Positions 50,893 through 58,355 of a DNA stretch of 64,000 nt are shown here, in pieces. Location: positions 32,405 through 96,404 of the forward strand of contig NZ_CAUQVQ010000001.1 of the NCBI RefSeq assembly GCF_963521645.1, in the 5' to 3' direction. Source of the DNA: an uncultured Microbacterium sp. GTDB taxonomy: Bacteria > Actinomycetota > Actinomycetes > Actinomycetales > Microbacteriaceae. Position numbers and translations under genes: made by a program. The notes below the pieces were generated by a model that worked only from the letters and a program-made list of their open reading frames with translations, had not been told where the DNA came from and did not search any database. Positions within the stretch are counted from its first letter, which is position 1, and the number at the start of each line of letters is the position of its first letter.

Positions 50893-51681
50893 ATGGAACA
50901 TGAGTCGCGAGCGGTCCCCGGAGCTCAGGCGATCGCCCGCGCAGCGGCGCTGCTGCGTCTCGTCACCGCGAGCGGTGCCGGCGGAGCCGCTCTGCACGAG
51001 CTCGCCCGGTCGTCCGGTCTCACCCGGTCCACGACCCACCGCCTCCTGTCAGCTCTGCGAGCGGAGGGGCTCGTCGATCGCGATGAGGCGTCGACGAAGT
51101 GGATGCCCGGCCCCGAGCTCTATCTGATGGGCAGCGTCGCAGCAGCGCGGTACGACGTCACGGGGCTCGCGCGCGACATCGTCCGATCGCTCGCGGTCAA
51201 GACCGAGGAGAGCGCGTTCCTCTCGGTGCGTCGCGCAGACGAGACCGTGTGCCTCGTGCGAGAAGAAGGGGCTTTTCCGATTCGGTCGTTCGTACTCAGC
51301 GAGGGGATCCGCTTCCCCCTCGGAGTCGCGAGCGCCGGGCTCGCCATCCTCGCCTTCCTCCCTGACCACGATGTGGACGCCTACTTCGATCGCCACCCGC
51401 GGCTGGAGCAGGAGTGGGGGGCGCCGCACGGAGCCGCCCCGTTGCGCGCTCGCCTCGCCGAGACGAAGGAACGGGGCTACGCCGTCAATCCGGGTCTGAT
51501 CGTCGAGGGCAGCTGGGGGCTCGGCGCCGCCGTCTTCGACCGCTCGGGTCGTCCGGAATGGGCGTTGAGCCTGACGGGCGTGGGGTTCCGATTCGGGCCC
51601 GACCGGCTCCCCGAACTCGGCCGCACGCTTCTCGCGCACGCGCACCAATTGTCTGCACGGATCGCCGGCGTGCGCCGATAA
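50893..51681 (+). CDS. IclR family transcriptional regulator (PcaR-like by context)
   Basis: 262 aa with an N-terminal wHTH (LHELARSSGLTRSTTHRLLSALRAEGLV) and a C-terminal IclR effector domain. It is divergent from the CoA-transferase/thiolase genes. Confidence 0.85.
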   Translation: MEHESRAVPGAQAIARAAALLRLVTASGAGGAALHELARSSGLTRSTTHRLLSALRAEGLVDRDEASTKWMPGPELYLMGSVAAARYDVTGLARDIVRSLAVKTEESAFLSVRRADETVCLVREEGAFPIRSFVLSEGIRFPLGVASAGLAILAFLPDHDVDAYFDRHPRLEQEWGAPHGAAPLRARLAETKERGYAVNPGLIVEGSWGLGAAVFDRSGRPEWALSLTGVGFRFGPDRLPELGRTLLAHAHQLSARIAGVRR

Positions 51682-51708
51682 TCACTCGGCGCGCATCGCT
51701 GCAGAACG

Positions 51709-51730
51709 GTACATACCAAAAGGTATATAC
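51709..51730. promoter_or_regulatory. 22-bp palindrome, candidate MarR operator overlapping a -10-like TATACT
   Basis: GTACATACC-AAAA-GGTATATAC lies in an AT-rich patch and ends 9 nt upstream of the MarR ATG. The TATACT hexamer is at 51726-51731. Confidence 0.35.
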
Positions 51731-51738
51731 TTGATGGT

Positions 51739-52176
51739 ATGAACCGTATCGATGTGATTCCCTCCCTCGTGCTCTCGGGGTACGCGCTGGGTCGGATCGC
51801 CGCGCAGGACGCCGGCAACGACGCCCCCGCCGCACAGTGGCGAGTTCTCAGCCTGCTCGAGCTCGCCGGCCCTCAGCGGGTCGGAGAACTCGCGACCGCA
51901 GCCCGCACCACTCAGCCCGGGATGACCAGGCTGATCGGCACTCTGGAGCGCGAGGGCTTGGTGCGGCGATCCCCGGTGCCCGAGGACTCCCGCGCCATCG
52001 CAGTCCACATCACAGCCGCCGGTTCCGACGCTCTGAACGCTTGGCGTGCGGAGTTCCGCGACACTCTCGCTCCGCGCTTCGCCGGTCTCGACGACGACGA
52101 CTGGAGCGTCCTCACCCGCGCCGCCGAGATCCTGGCGGCGCACACCACCAACGACTCGACAGGAGTGAACCGGTGA
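51739..52176 (+). CDS. MarR family transcriptional regulator
   Basis: 145 aa with the wHTH block VGELATAARTTQPGMTRLIGTLEREGLVRR. Confidence 0.85.
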   Translation: MNRIDVIPSLVLSGYALGRIAAQDAGNDAPAAQWRVLSLLELAGPQRVGELATAARTTQPGMTRLIGTLEREGLVRRSPVPEDSRAIAVHITAAGSDALNAWRAEFRDTLAPRFAGLDDDDWSVLTRAAEILAAHTTNDSTGVNR

Positions 52177-53399
52177 CGAGCACCACTACATCCATCTGGA
52201 AGCAACCCGCTCAGGTCTGGGCGGTCGCATTCGCATGCGTCGTCGCGTTCATGGGAATCGGATTGGTCGACCCCATCCTCCCCGCGATCGCGGAGTCCCT
52301 GCAGGCCAGCCCCGTCGAGACCGAGCTGCTGTTCACGAGCTACCTCGCCGTGACGGGTCTCGCGATGCTGGTGACGAGCTGGATCTCGAGTCGCATCGGC
52401 GCGAAGAAGACCCTTCTGATCGGGCTCGCGCTGATCGTCGTGTTCGCCTTCCTCTGCGCCGTGAGCGGCAGCGTCGATGCGGTCATCGGATTCCGCGCGG
52501 GCTGGGGTCTCGGCAACGCGCTCTTCATCTCGACGGCACTGGCCACCATCGTCGGCGCCGCGTCGGGCGGCAGCGCAGCGGCGATCGTCCTCTACGAGGC
52601 TGCGCTCGGACTCGGCATCGCCATCGGCCCCCTGCTCGGGGGGATCCTGGGCGAGCAGAGCTGGCGCGCGCCGTTCTTCGGCGTGGTCGCGCTCATGGCG
52701 ATCGCCTTCCTCGCGGTTCTGGTGCTGCTCCGCGGCCCGGAGGGGAAGCGCACTCCGATCCCGTTCTCCGCTCCGTTCGTGGCACTCCGGCGACCTGCAC
52801 TGGCGGTTCTCGCCGTCGCGGCGTTCTTCTACAACATCGGCTTCTTCATCCTCCTGGCCTTCTCGCCGTTCCCGCTGGGCTTCGGTGCCATGGGGATCGG
52901 ATTCACCTTCTTCGGGTGGGGCGTCGCACTCGCGATCACGAGCGTGTGGGCCGCTCCCCTGCTGATGCGCCGGATGTCGCGCACCCGCGTCATCCTGACG
53001 GTCCTCCCCCTCCTCGCGATCGATCTCATCGTCGCCGGCGTCCTCGTCGAATCCGCGGCCGCCCTGGTGACCTGCATCGTCGTCGGCGGTCTCCTGCTCG
53101 GGATCATGAACACCGTGCTCACCGAGGCAGTCATGGAGGCGACCGATCTCCCGCGTTCCGTGGCCTCCTCCGCCTACTCCTCCGTGCGCTTCCTCGGCGG
53201 GGCCGTGGCGCCCCCGCTGGCCGCGGCCCTCTGGCACGCATTCAGCGCGACAGTGCCGTATCTCGTCGCCGCAGGTGCGATCCTCATCGCAGCCGCCGTG
53301 ATCTTCCTCGGCCGATCGACGCTGGCGCACATCGACGATGAGCCCGCAGATGCCACCGTCGAGGATGCTGAGGCCATCCTGCTCGGCGATGCCGCGTGA
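52173..53399 (+). CDS. MFS transporter (12 TMS)
   Basis: 408 aa from GTG 52173, which overlaps the MarR stop (GTGA). SD is AGGAG. The track ORF start 51837 is out-of-frame read-through over marR. Confidence 0.85.
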   Translation: MTSTTTSIWKQPAQVWAVAFACVVAFMGIGLVDPILPAIAESLQASPVETELLFTSYLAVTGLAMLVTSWISSRIGAKKTLLIGLALIVVFAFLCAVSGSVDAVIGFRAGWGLGNALFISTALATIVGAASGGSAAAIVLYEAALGLGIAIGPLLGGILGEQSWRAPFFGVVALMAIAFLAVLVLLRGPEGKRTPIPFSAPFVALRRPALAVLAVAAFFYNIGFFILLAFSPFPLGFGAMGIGFTFFGWGVALAITSVWAAPLLMRRMSRTRVILTVLPLLAIDLIVAGVLVESAAALVTCIVVGGLLLGIMNTVLTEAVMEATDLPRSVASSAYSSVRFLGGAVAPPLAAALWHAFSATVPYLVAAGAILIAAAVIFLGRSTLAHIDDEPADATVEDAEAILLGDAA

Positions 53400-53453
53400 G
53401 GGAGGGGTACGCCGGGGATGCCCCGGGGCGCTGGGCTTCGCTACGGTGATGCG

Positions 53454-53927
53454 ATGACCTCGCTCCCCGAACGCAGCCTTCTCGTGAAGCAGCACCTCGA
53501 CGAGGCCGGCATCCGTGCCGACATCGTCGTCCTCCCCGAATCGGCGCGAACCGCGGCCGACGCCGCGGCAGCGATCGGCTGCGAGATCTCGGCGATCGCC
53601 AACAGCCTGGTCTTCCTCGCCGACGGGAATCCGGTGCTGGTGATGACGAGCGGCGGACACCGCGCCGATCTGGGGACTCTGGCCCGCAGCATCGGGGCGG
53701 ACGAGGTGAGCATGGCGCCCGCGGCGGTCGTCCGTGAGTGGACGGGACAGGCGATCGGCGGGGTCGCGCCCGTGGGGCACCCCGCACCCCTGCCGACCTA
53801 CATCGACGAGACCCTGCGATCGCACGATCGGATCTGGGCGGCCGCCGGACATCCGCACACCGTCATGCCCCTGACCTTCGATTCGCTTCAGGCGCTGACC
53901 CGCGGCATCGTCATCCCCGTCGCCTGA
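53454..53927 (+). CDS. YbaK/EbsC (aminoacyl-tRNA editing domain) family protein
   Basis: 157 aa from ATG 53454, resembling the YbaK/ProX deacylase fold (KSLVF-like SLVFLADG and GGVAPVGH blocks). Confidence 0.75.
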   Translation: MTSLPERSLLVKQHLDEAGIRADIVVLPESARTAADAAAAIGCEISAIANSLVFLADGNPVLVMTSGGHRADLGTLARSIGADEVSMAPAAVVREWTGQAIGGVAPVGHPAPLPTYIDETLRSHDRIWAAAGHPHTVMPLTFDSLQALTRGIVIPVA

Positions 53928-54100
53928 CCGGAGACTCCCCCCATCGGAGAGACGAGGTCACCGGGGAGATGACGAAGGCCCGAGCCTACGCACCTCGGAC
54001 GTCGCATACGCCATGACGTGAGCCGCGTCGAACGCGTCCTGACCGCATCCCGACTGCCGCACGGGCGGCATCGTCGCCGACCCCAGCCTGAGAAGCAGAA

Positions 54101-54134
54101 AAGCCCCGATGACTGGCGAGAGTCATCAGGGCTT
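54101..54134 (-). terminator. rho-independent terminator after tRNA-Lys
   Basis: The minus strand reads AAGCCCTGATGACT-CTCGCC-AGTCATCGGGGCTTTTCTGCTTCT, a stem followed by a T-rich tail. Confidence 0.55.
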
Positions 54135-54139
54135 ATCCG

Positions 54140-54212
54140 TGCACCCCCTGGGACTTGAACCCAGAACCCACTGATTAAGAGTCAGTTGCTCTGCCGATTG
54201 AGCTAGAGGTGC
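54140..54212 (-). tRNA. tRNA-Lys (anticodon CUU)
   Basis: The reverse strand reads GCACCTCTAGCTCAATCGGCAGAGCAACTGACTCTTAATCAGTGGGTTCTGGGTTCAAGTCCCAGGGGGTGCA. The anticodon loop is CTCTTAA. Confidence 0.9.
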
Positions 54213-54311
54213 GTGGCCCGGGAAACCCCCGGCCGAGGAATAACATTACCAGCCGATCATGCCGAGGCGAAATCGGGGCGGGCGATACGTGCGCGCCGCG
54301 CGTGTCGCCCC

Positions 54312-55157
54312 ATGTCGCGCACACCGAGGCACCGGATTCCGGACGGTTATCCTGAAGTGGTGACCGCTTCCCCGCACTCCGCCGATTTCAGCCGCGACCT
54401 CGAGCTGGCGCTCAGGCTCGCAGACGCCGCCGACGAGCAGTCGCTGCCGCGCTTCGACAGCGCAGATCTCCAGATCTCCACGAAGGCGGACCGATCGCAC
54501 GTCACGGACGCCGATCTGGCGACCGAGCGCGCGATCCGGGCGATCCTCACCGACGAGCGTCCGCGCGACGGCATCCTGGGTGAAGAGTTCGGCACCGAAG
54601 GCACCGCCGAGCGACAGTGGATCATCGATCCGATCGATGGGACCGCGAACTTCCTTCGCGGCGTGCCGCTGTGGGGCACGATGATCGCGCTCGCGATCGA
54701 CGGTGTACCGCAGGTGGGCGTGGTCAGCATGCCGGCGCTCGGACGGCGATGGTGGGCGTCGTCGGGAGCGGGCGCTTGGACCGCGACCGACGCTGGACCA
54801 CGTCGCGTGCAGACGTCTGCCGTCTCATCGTTGGACGACGCGAGCGTCAGCTTCCAGAGCATCACGCAGTGGGCCGAGGCCGGACGACTCCCCCAGCTCC
54901 TGACCTTGGCCGATCGAGTGTGGCGAGATCGTGCATACGGCGACATCTACGCGTACATGCTGCTCGCCGAAGGGCGGCTCGACATGGTCGCCGAGTTCGG
55001 AGTCAAGGAGTATGACATCGCAGCCGCCGTCCCGATCGTGCGCGAGGCAGGGGGACGCATGACCGGCTTCGACGGCGCAGAGACGATCTCCGACCTGTCG
55101 GCACTGGCGAGCAACGGCACTCTGCACGACGCGTTCCTCGAGCTGCTGCACGACTGA
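54312..55157 (+). CDS. hisN: inositol monophosphatase family protein, probable histidinol-phosphatase HisN
   Basis: It has EEFG, WIIDPIDGTANF and YDIAA motifs and overall resembles actinobacterial HisN. The start is ambiguous: ATG 54312 or GTG 54357/54360. Confidence 0.78.
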   Translation: MSRTPRHRIPDGYPEVVTASPHSADFSRDLELALRLADAADEQSLPRFDSADLQISTKADRSHVTDADLATERAIRAILTDERPRDGILGEEFGTEGTAERQWIIDPIDGTANFLRGVPLWGTMIALAIDGVPQVGVVSMPALGRRWWASSGAGAWTATDAGPRRVQTSAVSSLDDASVSFQSITQWAEAGRLPQLLTLADRVWRDRAYGDIYAYMLLAEGRLDMVAEFGVKEYDIAAAVPIVREAGGRMTGFDGAETISDLSALASNGTLHDAFLELLHD

Positions 55158-55177
55158 TCACCAGGACGAAGGCATCG

Positions 55178-55750
55178 ATGACTCCCCGCATCGCCTCAGC
55201 CCTCAGTGGCATCCTGCTCGGAGTTGTCGCACTCACCGGCTGCTCCGTCGCCGCACCTGAGCCCGACTCCGCGTCTCCGGCTCCACGACCCTCTGCGACG
55301 ACATCCGCAGAACCCGTCACCTCACCGTCTCCGTCACCCTCTGCGAGTCCGGCACTGCCCACCTGCGACGCGATGATCTCCGAGGGCACTGTCGAGGCGT
55401 TCACAGACCTGGGGTGGACGTTCGAGGAGAAGGAGTTCGTCATCGGCGACGTGACGATGTCCGAGGGGCTGCTGTGCTTCTGGGCCGACTACTCCGTCGC
55501 GTCCGACCACGGGCAGCTGTACGGATGGTCGGAGATCACCCCGGAGGATGCCACCCGTGCGCAGTCATCCCTCCTGTCACAGGGCTGGACCCGCGAGGAT
55601 GGCCCCGAGGGCATCTACATCACGGAGGATCCGCAGTTCTCCATGGGCACCGACGAGGCCGGGTACGGCATGACGTATCTGTTCGGCGACGGCTGGGTCA
55701 AGGTCGCCGACACCAGAGAGGGTCTCATCCTGATCGACTGGGCCGGCTGA
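55178..55750 (+). CDS. lipoprotein, unknown function
   Basis: 190 aa with a signal peptide and lipobox LTGC, a P/S-rich linker and a globular domain of about 125 aa containing two cysteines. Confidence 0.7.
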   Translation: MTPRIASALSGILLGVVALTGCSVAAPEPDSASPAPRPSATTSAEPVTSPSPSPSASPALPTCDAMISEGTVEAFTDLGWTFEEKEFVIGDVTMSEGLLCFWADYSVASDHGQLYGWSEITPEDATRAQSSLLSQGWTREDGPEGIYITEDPQFSMGTDEAGYGMTYLFGDGWVKVADTREGLILIDWAG

Positions 55751-55795
55751 GCGCCCGTCGCCGCCTTCGAGACGAGCGGCGGTAGGGTCGCAGTC

Positions 55796-56659
55796 ATGAC
55801 AGGAGAGCCCTCGCTGCTGCAGGTCGCGTCCGAGCTGTACTCCGGGCCGCTCGACGAGTTCATCCCGGAAAGGAAGAAGCGCGCCCGTGAGATCGGGGCG
55901 ACGAATCCGTCCTTGGCCTCCGACATCAACGCTCTGCGCAAGCCATCGCTCGCCGCCTGGGTCGTCAACGTGTTCGCGAGCGAACGAGCCGAGCAGCTCG
56001 CCGAAGCGCTCGAACTGGCCCGACAGCTGCGCGAAGCGCAGGACGATCTCGACGCCGCAACCCTCAGCCAGCTCGGCCGCGAACGCCGCGCCCTCACCGC
56101 GCGTCTCGCATCGATGGCTGCCGAGCTCGCAACGAGTCGAGGCGAGCGAGTCACTGCAGCCACGCGAGAGTCGGTGAACCAGACTCTTGCCGCCGCATTC
56201 TTCGATGCCACGGCGGCGGCCGCCGTCTCGTCAGGGCGGCTCGTCCGTGCCCTGGAGCCTCAAGGCACGTTCTCCGATGCCATGGCAGAGACCCTCGTCG
56301 GCGGGGGCACGCCCGCCGCGCCCGCGACGGAGAGCCGTTCGAACGACGAGGTCGCAGCCCGTCGACGACGTCGCGACGCCGAACGCGAGTTGCGCGACGC
56401 CCGGCGGACGCGAGACCAGGCAGCCGAAGATGCGGCGCACGCCGAGCGCGAGCTCCGCGAGACGGCACGCGCCTCGGAGACCCTCGCAGCACGCGCAGCG
56501 GCACTCGAGAAGGAGCTCGAGGCGGTGAGGCGCGACATTGACCGCACTCGACGAGAACACGAGCGCACCACGGTAGCGCAGCATGACGCCGCAGCCCGGC
56601 TCACCGACGCCGATGAGGCACTGAAGCAGGCAGAAGACGCGCTCGAGCGTCTGCGCTGA
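55796..56659 (+). CDS. hypothetical protein with long C-terminal coiled coil
   Basis: 287 aa. The N-terminal domain (LYSGPLDEFIPERKKRAREIG...KPSLAAWVVNVFA) is followed by R/E/A-rich heptad-like repeats. No family recognised. Confidence 0.6.
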   Translation: MTGEPSLLQVASELYSGPLDEFIPERKKRAREIGATNPSLASDINALRKPSLAAWVVNVFASERAEQLAEALELARQLREAQDDLDAATLSQLGRERRALTARLASMAAELATSRGERVTAATRESVNQTLAAAFFDATAAAAVSSGRLVRALEPQGTFSDAMAETLVGGGTPAAPATESRSNDEVAARRRRRDAERELRDARRTRDQAAEDAAHAERELRETARASETLAARAAALEKELEAVRRDIDRTRREHERTTVAQHDAAARLTDADEALKQAEDALERLR

Positions 56660-57106
56660 CCTCCCAGGCCCAGCGGAGGACGGTGCGGCTGCCCGCCCAC
56701 ATCTAACCCGTCGGCAGCTGTCATCGCAAGGCTCTGGTTCTTGCGAAACCACCCGAGCTACCGTCCCAATGGCCACGAAGACTGGCTACGGGCCGACGTC
56801 GTCCCCAGCGATGTCGGCAGGTGCCCCGCACGGTCCCCAGCCTGCGGGGCACCATCTCTTTCACACTCCACCGACTGTGAAGCGAGCAGCTCATGAATCG
56901 ATCAGAACCACTCGTCCAATCCGTGTCAGGCAAGATCCATGTCGCCACGTGCGACCGCGTGGTCCAAGATGGAAGCTTCCGTGACCGCAGGTCACCTTCA
57001 CCGACGGAATCATGCGAACCATCGCGCCGTCAGAACTCCTCGAGCTTGTGGCAGAACGCCCGTAGGCGCGACCGCAGGACGTCCGGGAACGAGTCACCCC
57101 AACACG

Positions 57107-57149
57107 AACAAGGCCCGCCCCCTGGTGATCCCAGGGGGCGGGCCTTGTT
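57107..57149 (-). terminator. strong hairpin terminator downstream of ssrA
   Basis: AACAAGGCCCGCCCCCTGG-TGATC-CCAGGGGGCGGGCCTTGTT, a perfect 19-bp stem 17 nt past the tmRNA 3' end. Confidence 0.65.
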
Positions 57150-57165
57150 GCTCGTGACAGCGACC

Positions 57166-57535
57166 TGGTGGAGCTGGGGGGAATCGAACCCCCGTCCAAC
57201 GCTGAGTCTCCACGCCTTCTCCGGGCGCAGTCTGTGCAGACGTTCTGCTCGGCTCCGACCTTTGTCACAGACACCTAAGTCGACGAGCCCAGCCTGGGAA
57301 GAGTCCCACGTGACGTCCAGACGCCATCACGCAGCAAGATTCCTAAATGACGCCAGGATCCGTACCGGAATCACATACGGCCTGACGGACTATCGGGCTC
57401 GCTTATGCAGCGAGGGCGAAGTCGTTGCGCTTGGTTTCGGCAACTATTTTTTTGCAGAGAGCGTTTACGAGATAACTCTGCATCCTCGGCCCGCTTCTCG
57501 TGGATTCACAGGCGCTGTCGAAACCGATCAGCCCC
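57166..57535 (-). ncRNA. ssrA: transfer-messenger RNA (tmRNA)
   Basis: The reverse strand starts GGGGCTGATCGGTTTCGACAG and ends GGACGGGGGTTCGATTCCCCCCAGCTCCACCA (tRNA-Ala-like acceptor with G3:U, encoded CCA). The internal tag frame GCC GAA ACC AAG CGC AAC GAC TTC GCC CTC GCT GCA TAA encodes AETKRNDFALAA (57403-57441). Confidence 0.92.
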
Positions 57536-57677
57536 GTGGTCCTTCTCTCGAAGGAGCCGCTGTCACACTATGGATTTTTCACACCGGGAACCAGAAGTAC
57601 CCGAGCATCACAGACTACAACGTTCGCGGCGCCTGCGCCATTCCACGGGCGGCCGGGCCCTCGCGTAGAGTCGCTCC

Positions 57678-58346
57678 ATGAGCGAAGTCACCGTCACCGT
57701 CCGCGGCGAGCACGAGGCGCGCGTCGCCCCCGAACGCGTGATCATCCGGGTCAGTGTGCGCGCAGATGGCGCCGAGCGCGCGGCCGTGGTCGATCAGGTC
57801 ATGCAGCTCGCCCAGCCCGTGCGCGACAGCATCGCCGCACGTCGGGATGACGGCTCCGTCGTCGAGTGGACGAGTAGACAACTCTCGGTTCGCGCCGAGC
57901 GCCCGTGGAACAACGAGGGCGTGCGCCTGGAGCCGGTGTACTACGCCAGCATCGATCTCACCGCGACCTTCACCGAGGCCTCCGAGCTCTCACTGTGGGT
58001 GAGCGACATCTCGACCTGGGAGGGAGTGGAGGTGGGTTGGGTCGACTGGCATCTCACCACCGAGACGCGTCTGCGCATCGAACGTGCCGTCGCGGCCGAG
58101 GCGGTCGCCGTGGCCGTCACCCGTGCGCAGGCGTACGCCACCGCTCTCGGACTCGGCAACGTCGAACCCGTCGAGATCGCCGATTCCGGGCTCATCAGCC
58201 CCGGTGGCGCTCAGCCTTTCACCGGCGCGGCCAAGATGCGCGGGGCGATGACGCAGCAGGCAGACGCGGGAGCGCCGTCGATGGAGTACGAACCCGACGA
58301 GATCGTCGTCTCAGCCACAGTGGAGGCGCGTTTCCGCGCTCGCTGA
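57678..58346 (+). CDS. SIMPL/DUF541 domain protein
   Basis: 222 aa with VTVRGEHEARVAPERVIIRVSV ... AVAVAVTRAQAYATALGLG ... ATVEARF, the pattern typical of the SIMPL (DUF541) family. Confidence 0.75.
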   Translation: MSEVTVTVRGEHEARVAPERVIIRVSVRADGAERAAVVDQVMQLAQPVRDSIAARRDDGSVVEWTSRQLSVRAERPWNNEGVRLEPVYYASIDLTATFTEASELSLWVSDISTWEGVEVGWVDWHLTTETRLRIERAVAAEAVAVAVTRAQAYATALGLGNVEPVEIADSGLISPGGAQPFTGAAKMRGAMTQQADAGAPSMEYEPDEIVVSATVEARFRAR

Positions 58347-58355
58347 GGCTGAGGT

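Noticed and set aside
56660-57165. Genomic island or prophage integrated at ssrA.
   Set aside because: There is no integrase or other mobile-element gene within reach. I found no second copy of the tmRNA 3' end (TGGTGGAGCTGGGGGGAATCGAACC) in the window to serve as an attachment-site repeat. At most it is a scar.
56893-57681. 262-aa plus-strand ORF and neighbouring small ORFs across 56.7-57.7 kb.
   Set aside because: They overlap the tmRNA gene and its terminator. Their translation contains tRNA-like reverse-complement sequence (WWSWGESNPRP) and shows no coding bias. They are rejected as genes. Only the first 170 nt or so are discussed, as possible gene debris.
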